Assembly (NCBI GenBank): GCA_046290225.1
Contig: JBKAGE010000079.1
Span: 160,001 to 224,000, forward strand
DNA from: Bradymonadia bacterium
GTDB lineage: Bacteria; Myxococcota_A; Bradymonadia; UBA7976; UBA1532
Length of the DNA stretch: 64,000 nucleotides
Direction of reading: 5' to 3'
In this document: in pieces, positions 48,816 to 58,769 of the stretch
Numbering within the stretch: the first letter of the stretch is position 1
Layout: each line of letters starts with the position of its first letter
Program-made: the position numbers and the translations under genes
The notes under the pieces: generated by a model
Database searches by the model: none
What the model was told of the DNA's origin: nothing
The model's input: only the letters and a program-made list of their open reading frames with translations

Positions 48816-49541
48816 ATGACCGCTCTGCCTGAACACGTAGCCATCATCATGGACGGCAACGGCCGCTGGGCTGGCCAACGGGGCCTGCCCCGGAGCGAGG
48901 GTCACACCGAGGGCGCCGAGGCTGTGCGCCGGTCGGTGCGTTATGCCCGCCGAGTGGGCGTGAAGCATCTCACCCTCTTCGCCTTCAGCACCTTGAACTG
49001 GGCGCGCCCTACGGAAGAGGTCTCCGCGCTGATGGATCTGCTCGCGCGCTTCCTGGTCGAGGAGCGCAAGGAGATGCTCGACAACGGCATTCGTCTCGAA
49101 GCCATCGGCGAGCTGGAGTTCCTCTCGGCCCCCATCCGGGCCCTGCTGGAGCAGACCATGGCCGACACCGCCTGTGGCAAGGACATGGTGCTCACCCTGG
49201 CGGTGAGCTACGACGGTCGCCGCGATCTGGTCCGGGCCGCACAGCGCCTCACCGCCCTCGCCCACAAAGGGGAGCTTCTGCCTGCCGATGTGGGTGAGGC
49301 GCAGCTCGCCGAGGCGTTGTCCACCCGGGCCATGCCCGACGTCGATTTGCTGATCCGGACCTCTGGCGAGCGCCGGCTCTCGGGCTTCCTGCCCTTCGAG
49401 GCGTGCTACGCCGAGTTGTGCTTCCTCGATGTGCTGTGGCCCGACTTCGATGAGCAGGTCTTTCAGAGCGCCCTCGACGACTTCAGCCACCGTCAGCGTC
49501 GGTTCGGCCTCACCGGAGAGCAGATCTCCGCCCTCGGTTGA
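48816..49541 (+). CDS. uppS: Polyprenyl (undecaprenyl) diphosphate synthase
   Basis: HVAIIMDGNGRW, FAFST.NW.RP, DLLIRTSGE.RLS.FL, WPDF, RRFG; GGAGG RBS. Confidence 0.93.
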   Translation: MTALPEHVAIIMDGNGRWAGQRGLPRSEGHTEGAEAVRRSVRYARRVGVKHLTLFAFSTLNWARPTEEVSALMDLLARFLVEERKEMLDNGIRLEAIGELEFLSAPIRALLEQTMADTACGKDMVLTLAVSYDGRRDLVRAAQRLTALAHKGELLPADVGEAQLAEALSTRAMPDVDLLIRTSGERRLSGFLPFEACYAELCFLDVLWPDFDEQVFQSALDDFSHRQRRFGLTGEQISALG

Positions 49542-49570
49542 GGTGAGCACGAGCGGGTTGCTGAGAGCAC

Positions 49571-52153
49571 TCAGCTGCGCTTTCGCCTGAAGCGAGGCCC
49601 CACGGGCGGGGCATTGGCCGGATCCTCTGGCCAGGGATGCTTGGGATAACGCCCGCGTAAATCCTTCCGTACATCCGCATAGGTGTTGGCCCAAAATCCG
49701 GCGAGATCGCTCGTGATCTGCACCGGCCGCATGTTGGGGGCCAGCAAGTGCAGCTTCACCGCCACCCGACCACCGCCGACACGTGGGGTCTCCTTCATGC
49801 CGAAGAGGTGTTGAATGCGGGCGCTGAAGATGGGGGGCGCCTCTGGGGTGCTGTACTCGATACGAGCTGTGGCACCCCCTGGGAGGACCATGCGATCAGG
49901 AGCGAGGCGCTCCACTGCCTGAGCTGCGCCATATCCGATGTGATCTCGAATCGCCTGAATCAAGTCGATGCGCTGCAAATCGGCGAAGCTGCGTCTGCCG
50001 AGACACTGCGTCACGATGAACGGATCAGGGGGGCCGTCCATGGGGCTGTGGAGCGCATCGAGGCTGGGCAAGCCGAGGCTCGGTGCCCAGGTTGCGGCGC
50101 AGCGGAGTCGGGCCAGCCAGTTGAGGGCTTTGTCGTCTGGGCGGAAGGCCCGTACAGGGTCGGCTGCAGCGGCCTCAGCGAGCACTTGAGACACCGCCGC
50201 AGCATCGGCCTCGGACCCTGCAGGGACTTCGTCGAGGGTGAGCGCCAGATGGCGCAGCGCCATGTGTTGAACCACCGCCTCGCGCTCCGGGTCGAACTGG
50301 GTGATCAGCGTGCGCTCGGTCTCTAACCACGCACGCTCCACCGCCCAGGCGCTGGTGATCTGATGCTCTGCCGTGCGACCGCCTTCGAGACCGACGGCGA
50401 GGATCAAATCGTCGGCCTTCACCGCGCTTCGGCTCGAGAGGCGGGCCCCGCTCCCCCCGGCGAGTTTAAAACGATCGCTTTGAGGCCCCCGGCGCAGGGC
50501 CACCCGATCGGGAAACCCTGCCATGAGCGCGCGCACCAGGGGTCGTTGACCCGAGACGAAGGCGCCTGGGCGGCCAAGCTGGCGTTGGGCGATGGCCATG
50601 AGCTGATCTCGGGTGCGGACCACCCGGTCTGCAGCGCTCGCGGAGACCCCCCATCGGCCACAGGCCCGTCGGCTGAAGCCCTGGCCCGGTGGCGCGATGT
50701 CGGCGAGGGCCTCGAGGCGTAGATCGAGATCACTGTGGGCCACTGTACCGGGCGGGGGCTCTATGAAGATGTCCCGCTCACTGGCCAGGGCCGCCACTGT
50801 GGCCACCTCGTCGAGACGGCCCACGGCATGGCCGGCGATGATGGCGCGACCGAGGCGTGGGTGAACCGGCAGGGCAGAGAGGGTACGCCCCAGCGCCGTG
50901 AGGCCCTGAGCGTCGAGGGCGCCGAGCCGGTGGAGCAGAGCTTCTCCTTGAGCAATCGCCCGGGGGTCTGGGGCCTGGAACCACCGAAACGCCTCAGGGG
51001 TGGAGCCCCAGCTGAGGATCTCCAGCACAGTGGAGGCGAGATCGGCCCGTTCGAACTCGGCGAGATCCGAAGGTGCGCGGCGTCGATGATCGATGTCGGT
51101 CCACAGACGCACGCAGCGACCAGCGCGGGTACGGCCGGCGCGGCCCGCTCGCTGATCAGCAGAGGCCTGGCTGATCGGCTGGAGCTCGAGCCGGGAGAGC
51201 CCTGCTGCAGGGTCGAACCGGGGCACGCGGGCCACCCCGCTGTCGATCACGAGCACCACACCGTCCACCGTGATCGAGGTCTCGGCGATGTTGGTGGCGA
51301 GGATGATTTTACGGCGTGGCCCCGAGGCCAGGGCGGCATCTTGAGCCGCCGCCGGAAGACGGCCGTGAAGGGGCATCACCTCTACCCCTGAGGGCAGGCT
51401 GCTGTCGAGCAGGCGTCGACGGACCCCCTCGATCTCCCCGACACCGGGCAGAAAGGTCAGGATGTGACCCACAGACCGGTCGCTCTGTTGCTCCAGGGCA
51501 TCGAGCTCACTGCGGATCATCTGAGTGGCCCTGTCCACGAGTGGAGCCTCGGAGGACCGGGCCACATGGCTGATCTCCACCGGGAAGGTGCGCCCCTTGC
51601 TCTCAATGACCGGGCAGGGCTGCCCCACGGCTTCTGTGAGGAAGTCGGAGACTGGCCCGGGATCGAGGGTGGCCGACATGACCACCACCTTCAGATCGTC
51701 ACGGACTGCGCTGCAGATCTCTCCGAGCAGAGCGAGGCCGAGATCTGCAGTGAGGCTGCGCTCGTGGAACTCGTCCAGGATCACCACCCCGACATCTTCG
51801 AGGAACGGATCACTCTGAATACGCCGGGTCAGCAGCCCCTCAGTGACGATCTCGATGCGGGTCTTGGGGCCGACCTTGCGGTCGAACCGCACGGCGTAGC
51901 CCACCTCACCGCCGAGAGGTGATCGACGGCTCTCGGCGATGCGTCGCGCCGTGGCCCGGGCCGCCACGCGTCGTGGTTGGAGCATGAGCACCTTGCCCTC
52001 GCCGGCGAGGCCCGCGTCGAGCAGGGCCCCCGGCACCCGTGTGCTCTTGCCTGCACCAGGGGGGGCCACGAGGACTGCCACACCAGCGCGCTTCACAGCG
52101 GCGACGAGATCAGGCAGTACCTCATCAATGGGCAGCGGAGCAGGTACAGTCAC
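49571..52153 (-). CDS. hrpB: ATP-dependent helicase HrpB
   Basis: APPGAGKST, DEFHER, MSAT, ATNIAETS, QRAGRAGR, C-terminal LRGRYPKHPWPEDP. Confidence 0.95.
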   Translation of the reverse strand: MTVPAPLPIDEVLPDLVAAVKRAGVAVLVAPPGAGKSTRVPGALLDAGLAGEGKVLMLQPRRVAARATARRIAESRRSPLGGEVGYAVRFDRKVGPKTRIEIVTEGLLTRRIQSDPFLEDVGVVILDEFHERSLTADLGLALLGEICSAVRDDLKVVVMSATLDPGPVSDFLTEAVGQPCPVIESKGRTFPVEISHVARSSEAPLVDRATQMIRSELDALEQQSDRSVGHILTFLPGVGEIEGVRRRLLDSSLPSGVEVMPLHGRLPAAAQDAALASGPRRKIILATNIAETSITVDGVVLVIDSGVARVPRFDPAAGLSRLELQPISQASADQRAGRAGRTRAGRCVRLWTDIDHRRRAPSDLAEFERADLASTVLEILSWGSTPEAFRWFQAPDPRAIAQGEALLHRLGALDAQGLTALGRTLSALPVHPRLGRAIIAGHAVGRLDEVATVAALASERDIFIEPPPGTVAHSDLDLRLEALADIAPPGQGFSRRACGRWGVSASAADRVVRTRDQLMAIAQRQLGRPGAFVSGQRPLVRALMAGFPDRVALRRGPQSDRFKLAGGSGARLSSRSAVKADDLILAVGLEGGRTAEHQITSAWAVERAWLETERTLITQFDPEREAVVQHMALRHLALTLDEVPAGSEADAAAVSQVLAEAAAADPVRAFRPDDKALNWLARLRCAATWAPSLGLPSLDALHSPMDGPPDPFIVTQCLGRRSFADLQRIDLIQAIRDHIGYGAAQAVERLAPDRMVLPGGATARIEYSTPEAPPIFSARIQHLFGMKETPRVGGGRVAVKLHLLAPNMRPVQITSDLAGFWANTYADVRKDLRGRYPKHPWPEDPANAPPVGPRFRRKRS

Positions 52154-52188
52154 GCAATTCTCTCCGTGCTGACTTTGGAGCGAGATTT

Positions 52189-52959
52189 ATGAAGATCATG
52201 AGCTGGAACGTCAATTCAGTCCGGGTACGCACCGAGCGCCTCGTAGAAGTGCTGCGGCGTCACCGGCCCGACGCCCTGTGTCTGCAGGAGCTCAAGACCG
52301 TCGACTCTGGGTTCCCCTTCTCCGAGATCGAGGCCGAGGGCTACCACGCAGTGACCCTCGGGCAGAAAACCTACAACGGGGTGGCCATCTTGTCGCCGGT
52401 GAAGCCCATGAGTGTGGTGCGCAACATGGGTGATGGCGTCGCCGACGAGCAGGCCAGACTGATCAGCGCCATCATCAACGGTGTTCAGGTCATCTCGGTC
52501 TACGTACCGAACGGTGGGGTGGTGGGCTCGGACAAGTGGGACTACAAGCGCCAGTGGTTCAGCCGGCTGCGTACGTGGCTCGATGGCCACTCCGATCCGT
52601 CACAGAAGGTGGCCCTCTGTGGTGACTTCAACGTAGCCATCGAAGATCGAGACGTGCACAACATCGACGCGTGGGCCAATTCCGTGCTGTGTGTGCCCGA
52701 GATCAGGGCCGACATGCAGCGTATCCTGGACTGGGGCTTCACGGACACGTTCCGCCTGCACGAGGTGGCCTCCGGCAAGCACAGCTGGTGGGACTATCGG
52801 GGGCTCTCGTTCCCGAAGAACAGGGGCCTGCGCATCGACTATGTGTTATCGACCTCGACGCTCACCGCGGCGTGTACCGACGCGGGCATCGATCGCAACG
52901 AGCGCAAGGGCAAGCAGCCCTCGGATCATGCGCCGGTCTGGGCCGACTTCGACATCTGA
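52189..52959 (+). CDS. xth: Exodeoxyribonuclease III
   Basis: SWNVNS, LQELK, YNGVAI, YVPNG, GDFN, WWDYR, GLRID, SDHAPV. Confidence 0.95.
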   Translation: MKIMSWNVNSVRVRTERLVEVLRRHRPDALCLQELKTVDSGFPFSEIEAEGYHAVTLGQKTYNGVAILSPVKPMSVVRNMGDGVADEQARLISAIINGVQVISVYVPNGGVVGSDKWDYKRQWFSRLRTWLDGHSDPSQKVALCGDFNVAIEDRDVHNIDAWANSVLCVPEIRADMQRILDWGFTDTFRLHEVASGKHSWWDYRGLSFPKNRGLRIDYVLSTSTLTAACTDAGIDRNERKGKQPSDHAPVWADFDI

Positions 52960-52965
52960 GTCGGG

Positions 52966-54693
52966 TCAGGTGGAGAGGGGGGCCAGGCTGTGGGTGGTGG
53001 GGTCCTGATCATCACAGGTGTAGATGATCTCTACCCGGTTGCCACGACCCAGGTAGCGCACCCGATCGCAGAACTGTCGAACCAGGAAGATGCCCCGCCC
53101 GCCGTATGACGGAGGGACCTTCGCCGCCTTGTGCGGGTCGAAGCCGGGGCCGCTGTCTTCCACTCGAGCGACCACTTGCCCTGCCTCACGACCCTTGAAC
53201 AACAACACCTCGATGTTGATCCAGCCCTGGTGCAGCTCCATCAAGCGGGTGGCGCGCTCGGCGTAGTACTTCGAGTAGCCCTCGGTAGAGCGTTTGAGTT
53301 GACCGTCGAGGCGGAGCAGACCGTGCTCCAGAGCGTTGTTGTAGAGCTCTGACAAGATCAGGCGGATGCGCTCCCGATGACGATGCTCCCCCAGATGGTT
53401 CACGATCTGGTCCACGAGACCGGAGATCGGATCCTGCTCTTTGAGGGCGTCGGCCTTGAGCTCGATGGAGAGGCGGAACCCCGTCGAGCCCACAGGGGCC
53501 GGGCGACCCGACCGCTCCGGAACCGTGATCTCGATGATCGAGGTGTCATCTGTGGGCTGTGCCCGACCGCGGAACGAATGCAAGTTGCTGATCAGCCGCT
53601 CGACGACGCCGGTCTGGCCTGAGAGGCCCATCCCCGGTGAAGGCAACTCCGCACCGCTCAGCTCGGCCTCCAGACGGTCCTGCCCGAAGCCACCGCCATC
53701 GGGGTTTCGCGTCTCGATGACCCCGTCCGAATAGGCGTAGAGTCGATCCCCGGGCTCCACGATGCGAGTGCTCACCCGAGCGGTGAACTCCGTCAGGGGC
53801 AAGATCCCCAGAGGTAGATGATCAGAGGCCACGTGGTCGAGCTGGCCGCTCTCCCTCAAAATCAGCACATCGGGCATGCCGGCATTGAGCACCCTCAGGC
53901 GCCCCGTGGCAGGATCGAGAGAGAGGAGCACCGCAGCGAAGAAGATGCCTGGAGGCAGGATCTCCTTGAGGCGGTTGTGGATCGCCCGGGCGATGTCGTC
54001 GATGTCGAAGCCTTGGGGCACCATGCGCAAGAACAGCTCGGTGGCGGGCATGGCGCAGTGGGCCGCGGCGATGCTGTGACCCGAAGCGTCACCCACCATG
54101 GCCACCAGCCGACCGCTCGGTGCACGCCCGGCGAGTACACGATCACCGCTGAATATGGCCGCCGGCACCGAGTGGTGCCTGATCCAAGGCACGTTCACCG
54201 TGTCCTCGTCGATGGACCGGGCGGAGATGCGCTCGGCCATCTCCACCTCCTGGCGAATCGTCTGCTGGTGCAGGTGGGAAATGTCGCGCTGATCTTTCAT
54301 CTCCCGATACAGACGACCCACCCGCAACAGCGCCGTGATCTTCGCCGTGAGGATCGGGCGACTCCACGGTTTGGTGAGGAAGTCGTCACCGCCAGCCTCG
54401 ATGCAGTGCACCAGCAGCGCTTCGTCTTCGACCCCGGTGATGAAGATGATGGGGACGAAGCGCTCGCCGGCCTGGGCCTTGATGAGGCGCGCGGCCTCCC
54501 AGCCCGTCATGCGGGGCATTCGGGCGTCCATGAGCACGAGATCGGGGTGCTTGCGGTGAAACAGGTCCACCGCCTCGAGGCCGTCCTGAGCGAGGATCGG
54601 CTCGAAGCCCTCGGCCTTGAGCATCCCCTTGAGCTGAGCTCGGCCCACGGCGTCGTCGTCGGCCACCAGGATCCGCGGCTGTGGATTGCTCAT
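52966..54693 (-). CDS. Receiver + SpoIIE/PP2C phosphatase + anti-sigma HATPase fusion
   Basis: Receiver (ADDD, MDARMP, KP), GDASGH, YSDG, DD, ELYNNALEHG..DSGPGF..GRG. Confidence 0.88.
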   Translation of the reverse strand: MSNPQPRILVADDDAVGRAQLKGMLKAEGFEPILAQDGLEAVDLFHRKHPDLVLMDARMPRMTGWEAARLIKAQAGERFVPIIFITGVEDEALLVHCIEAGGDDFLTKPWSRPILTAKITALLRVGRLYREMKDQRDISHLHQQTIRQEVEMAERISARSIDEDTVNVPWIRHHSVPAAIFSGDRVLAGRAPSGRLVAMVGDASGHSIAAAHCAMPATELFLRMVPQGFDIDDIARAIHNRLKEILPPGIFFAAVLLSLDPATGRLRVLNAGMPDVLILRESGQLDHVASDHLPLGILPLTEFTARVSTRIVEPGDRLYAYSDGVIETRNPDGGGFGQDRLEAELSGAELPSPGMGLSGQTGVVERLISNLHSFRGRAQPTDDTSIIEITVPERSGRPAPVGSTGFRLSIELKADALKEQDPISGLVDQIVNHLGEHRHRERIRLILSELYNNALEHGLLRLDGQLKRSTEGYSKYYAERATRLMELHQGWINIEVLLFKGREAGQVVARVEDSGPGFDPHKAAKVPPSYGGRGIFLVRQFCDRVRYLGRGNRVEIIYTCDDQDPTTHSLAPLST

Positions 54694-54995
54694 GGCACGA
54701 TGTTGAAGAGCTGATCGAAGTTGGCGATGCGCAGCACCCGCAAGATCTCCTCATTGGGATGGGCGAGGGTGATGTCGGCGTCCGTGCCGCCAGCGAACTC
54801 GCGGTGCATGAGCAACATGCCGAGGCCCGAGCTGTCGATGAAGCTCGACTGAGTAAAGTCGATGACGAACTTGTCGTCGGGCTGACCGCTGCGGAAGGCT
54901 GCCTGGAACTGGGACAAGATCAAGAAGGTGAAATCCTTCTCGATGGTGATGGTCCGCACCCGAGTCACCGGATCATAATGGGTCTTGATCGCCAT
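54690..54995 (-). CDS. STAS-domain anti-sigma factor antagonist
   Basis: FIDSSGLGML; GGAGG RBS; ATGA coupling to downstream gene. Confidence 0.9.
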   Translation of the reverse strand: MAIKTHYDPVTRVRTITIEKDFTFLILSQFQAAFRSGQPDDKFVIDFTQSSFIDSSGLGMLLMHREFAGGTDADITLAHPNEEILRVLRIANFDQLFNIVP

Positions 54996-55109
54996 ACCCC
55001 TCCTCCTGCCCGTGGTGCAGACGCACGTCGAGCAGGGTGTGTCGAGTCACCACAGTGTGCCTCGACCCTCGCGTGACGGCAAATCCACGTGAAATTACGG
55101 GGAGAGCGC

Positions 55110-57425
55110 TCAGGTCTCGTCGAGTAGAACCGGGGCGCCGTCGAAGGTACGGGCAGAGTGCACCAGCAGGGTGGTGTTGAGGGCCGCCATCATGTCGGTG
55201 TACTGGCGGATGAAGTCCTCTGGGGCCTCACCTTCACCGGGCATGCGCAGCCCGACAAGGGACAAATCAGCGTTGGCCCCCTCGGCGGCCATGATCTCCG
55301 AGATGGCCCGACCATCGCGTCGTATGATGCGAGTCTCTGCTTCGACGCGAGCGCTCTCAAAGACTTGAGCGAGGCGCTCGGCGGCTTGCGTCTTGCCCTC
55401 GTCGTCGTCCACCACAGTGAGGGTGATCACCCGGGCCTTGCGCCAGGCGTGGTGACTCTTGATCAGCTGGGCCATGAGCAGCATCAAGCCGCCATTGCCC
55501 GCCAGGCCACCCCACCAGATGTGGATCTCCGCCCGATCGCCATACCCGCGTTTGGCGTCGTGGTTCACCAGCAGCAGCGAGCGATCGAGCTGAGTGAGAT
55601 CAGTGAGCATGCGGGTGTAGGCCTCGGCGCGCTCGATCTTCTTGGGCCACCCCAGCAGCACGGTGTTGGCTTCGAAGCTGCCGATGCCGTAGCTCTGAGC
55701 CACCTGCACCGCGCCGCGATACACGTCGTCGACGACGTCGACTTTGAAGAAGACGTGGGGGAACCGGGGCTCGAGGTTCTTGTCCATCTGCGCCAGGGCC
55801 TCGCGGCGCTCACCGGCCCGGGCTTTGACGTCACCCCGAAGCAACATGAAGTACGAGACCAGGCCGCGATCCTGAACCAGCGCGGAGCCCAGCTCCAGCA
55901 GGTGGCGGCGCTTGTTGGGGTGCCCACCCATGATGACCAGGTTGGGCCGCCAGTTCATGGCGTGGTAGGGGGCGCGCTTGAGACGGATGAGGGCAGAGCG
56001 CACCATGGCGGACCAGATGCCGTGGCGGGCGTCGCCGAAGGTGCTGGTGAGCATGCGGCGTTGAGTCACCACATAGATGGTGCCACAGACGAGTGTGGCC
56101 ACCAGCATCGCCGCCATGTTGATGATGCTCATCACATAGAAACAGGCGATGGCGCCAAAGAGGCTCACCAGGCTGGGCACCCGGAAGGTGGGCCGGAAGC
56201 TCGGGCTCGCCGCCCACTTCTCCAGGGCCGAGGCGAGGTTGGTCACCCCGTAGGTGGCCAGGAAGAACATGGTGAGCACTGGGGCGATGGCGTTGAGATC
56301 ACCGAGGAGGATGCCCGCCTGAGCGATGAGGTAGGTCACCGCGAGGCCCGCTCGAGGCTCATTGGCGGGCCCGGAGCCCTTGGCGAGGAAGCCGGGGCTC
56401 AGGCCGTCCACCGCGAGAGCCTGAATCGTGCGAGGCGCCGCAAGAATGCTGCCCACGGCGCTCGACAGCGTGGCCCCCCAGACCCCAGCGAAGATCAGTG
56501 CCGGCACTGCGGAGATGTCCCAGACCACGTTCTGCGAAGTGCGCAGGGTCTCGGGATCAGCGTTCATCGCCAGCCAGATGGGGAAGATCAGATACACCAG
56601 CCAGCCCACGAGGATGGCGGCGATGGTGCCTCGAGGCAGGGCCCGCCGGGGATCTTTGAGATCGCCCGACATGCTCACCCCCGCCATGATCCCCGTCACC
56701 GCAGGGAAGAAGAGGGCGAACATCTCGGAGAAGGACTCCTCGCCGGAGACGAACCAGGTGATGTCTTCAGGGGCGTCTTCTGCCCGCCCCAACAGGAACG
56801 AGAGCAGCGACAGCACGATGGCTGCCATGACCACATACTGGGTCTTCAGAGCGAGATCCGTGCTCTTGAGGGTGATCAGCGTGAGCACCATGAGCACGGC
56901 GCTGCCGATGATCTTGAACAACGTGGGATCAAAGGCGGCGCTGTTCGGGTTGAGGGGATCCCACAGGTAGCCCACGGACTCGCAGAAGCCCACCACATAG
57001 AAAGTGATGCTCAGGGCCTGGGCGAGGAACAGCGGGATGCCGATCGAGGCGCCCACTGGCGCCCCGAGAGACCTGCTGATCATGTAGTAGGCCCCACCGG
57101 GACCCACGGTGCGGTTGGTGGCGATGGCCGCCACCGAGAGCCCCGTGGCGAGGGAGATCAGGTGGGAGAGCACCACCACGGCAAGGGCGCCCACGAGGCC
57201 GATGTTGCCCACCACCTCGCCGAAGCGCAGGTACATGATCACGCCGAGGATCGTGAGGATGCTCGGCGTGAACACGCCGCCAAAGGCACCAAAACGTCGA
57301 CTGTCGCTCGGGGGCTGCTCGTCGAGGGTGTGCTGGCCGATGGGAGTGGGGGTGGGCTCGAGGCTCAGAGACGCCGGGCCGCTCTCTGGCGGCGGGGCCT
57401 CAGGGGGGGCAGGGGTGTTGGACAT
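55110..57425 (-). CDS. Cation-chloride cotransporter (SLC12-like) / amino acid permease
   Basis: GVFTPS.LTILGVIMYLR, GGAYYMISRSLG, FFPAVTGIMAG..MSGDL.DP, NWRPN, IHIWW. Confidence 0.85.
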   Translation of the reverse strand: MSNTPAPPEAPPPESGPASLSLEPTPTPIGQHTLDEQPPSDSRRFGAFGGVFTPSILTILGVIMYLRFGEVVGNIGLVGALAVVVLSHLISLATGLSVAAIATNRTVGPGGAYYMISRSLGAPVGASIGIPLFLAQALSITFYVVGFCESVGYLWDPLNPNSAAFDPTLFKIIGSAVLMVLTLITLKSTDLALKTQYVVMAAIVLSLLSFLLGRAEDAPEDITWFVSGEESFSEMFALFFPAVTGIMAGVSMSGDLKDPRRALPRGTIAAILVGWLVYLIFPIWLAMNADPETLRTSQNVVWDISAVPALIFAGVWGATLSSAVGSILAAPRTIQALAVDGLSPGFLAKGSGPANEPRAGLAVTYLIAQAGILLGDLNAIAPVLTMFFLATYGVTNLASALEKWAASPSFRPTFRVPSLVSLFGAIACFYVMSIINMAAMLVATLVCGTIYVVTQRRMLTSTFGDARHGIWSAMVRSALIRLKRAPYHAMNWRPNLVIMGGHPNKRRHLLELGSALVQDRGLVSYFMLLRGDVKARAGERREALAQMDKNLEPRFPHVFFKVDVVDDVYRGAVQVAQSYGIGSFEANTVLLGWPKKIERAEAYTRMLTDLTQLDRSLLLVNHDAKRGYGDRAEIHIWWGGLAGNGGLMLLMAQLIKSHHAWRKARVITLTVVDDDEGKTQAAERLAQVFESARVEAETRIIRRDGRAISEIMAAEGANADLSLVGLRMPGEGEAPEDFIRQYTDMMAALNTTLLVHSARTFDGAPVLLDET

Positions 57426-57479
57426 GCGGGCATTTATCCAGATACCCGCCCGTGGGGCAAGAGTAAGGGCGCTTGCCTC

Positions 57480-58583
57480 TTACTGACCGCGATCGTAGCG
57501 CTTGGGCTGGTGGCGCACATAGCGATCGTTCATCTTCGCCACAGCGGCGATCCGGCGCTCGGCGAGGGTGTTCGCCGCCTGCACCGTGGTGACCTCTTCT
57601 TCGCGGGCGATGCGGAAGATCTGCGTGGTGATGTCGTAGATGCTCCGGGCGTGCTTGAGGGCCCGCTCCTGGTTGTAGCCCTCGAGCTCGTTGGCCACAT
57701 TGATGAGACCACCGGCGTTCACCACATAGTCCGGGGCGTAGAGGATGTCGCGCTCGGCGAGGGCCTTGGCGTGTTTGACCTCGTCGCCGAGGATGTTGTT
57801 GGCGCTGCCGGCCACCACGCTGCACTTGAGGCGGGGGATGGTCTCGTCGTTCACCACAGCGCCGAGGGCGCAGGGGGCGAAGACGTCGGCATCCACGTCG
57901 TAAATGGCGTCGGGGGCCACCACCTCTACGCCGTTGAAGTCTTTGGTCACTCGGGCGAGGGCCTCGGCGAAGATGTCGCAGATGAAGACGTGGGCGCCCT
58001 CCTCGACCAGGTACTTGGTCAGGTAGTAGCCCACATGCCCGGCGCCCTGAATCGCCACCTTCCGTCCCGCGAGGGACTCGTTGCCCGTGGTCCACTTCAG
58101 CGAGGCCTTGATGCCCTCGTAGGTGCCCAGGGCCGTCACCGGGCTCGGATCACCGGAGCCGCCCAGGGCCCGGCTGATGCCCACGACGTAGTCGGTCTCC
58201 ATGCGCACCCACTCCATGTCCTGGACCGAGGTGCCCACATCTTCCGCGGTGATGTAGCGGCCGCCGATGCCCTGGATGAAGCGACCGTAGCTGCGCCACA
58301 GGAACTCGTTCTTCATCGTCTTGCTGTCGCCGATGATGACCGCCTTGCCACCGCCGAGGTTGAGCCCCGCCGCCGCAGACTTGTAGGTCATCCCCCGGGA
58401 GAGACGGAGCACGTCTCTCACTGCCTCTTCTTCAGAGGTGTAGTGCCACATGCGGGTGCCGCCGAGGGCGGGGCCGAGTGTGGTGTCGTGGATGCCCACG
58501 ATGGCTTTGAGGCCGGTGACCTCGTCGTGGCAGAAGATCAGCTGCTCGTGATCCCGCTTGGCCATCTGGTCGAAGATGCTCAT
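57480..58583 (-). CDS. ldh: Leucine dehydrogenase (Glu/Leu/Phe/Val dehydrogenase family)
   Basis: IHDTTLGPALGGTR, RLSRGMTYK, LGGGK, YITAEDVGT, GSANN, NAGG. Confidence 0.9.
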   Translation of the reverse strand: MSIFDQMAKRDHEQLIFCHDEVTGLKAIVGIHDTTLGPALGGTRMWHYTSEEEAVRDVLRLSRGMTYKSAAAGLNLGGGKAVIIGDSKTMKNEFLWRSYGRFIQGIGGRYITAEDVGTSVQDMEWVRMETDYVVGISRALGGSGDPSPVTALGTYEGIKASLKWTTGNESLAGRKVAIQGAGHVGYYLTKYLVEEGAHVFICDIFAEALARVTKDFNGVEVVAPDAIYDVDADVFAPCALGAVVNDETIPRLKCSVVAGSANNILGDEVKHAKALAERDILYAPDYVVNAGGLINVANELEGYNQERALKHARSIYDITTQIFRIAREEEVTTVQAANTLAERRIAAVAKMNDRYVRHQPKRYDRGQ

Positions 58584-58769
58584 GAAACCCTCCGTTCACA
58601 CGCCTTCTACAGCCGTGTAAAAAGATTTACGCGTTCATGCGTATGTAGTGACAAAGATTGACATCATCGCGCGCATAATGGGGCAAAGTCACTGGGCGAG
58701 CAACCGCTATCAGCACCCGATTTGGGGCGATCACCACAAAAGTACACGTGAGGTCGAAGGGCGGGGTGC

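Noticed and set aside
45684..52959. DEDDh exonuclease, HrpB and ExoIII as retron accessory (msDNA-processing) genes
   Set aside because: They lie 12-19 kb from the island among unrelated housekeeping genes, with no evidence of linkage.
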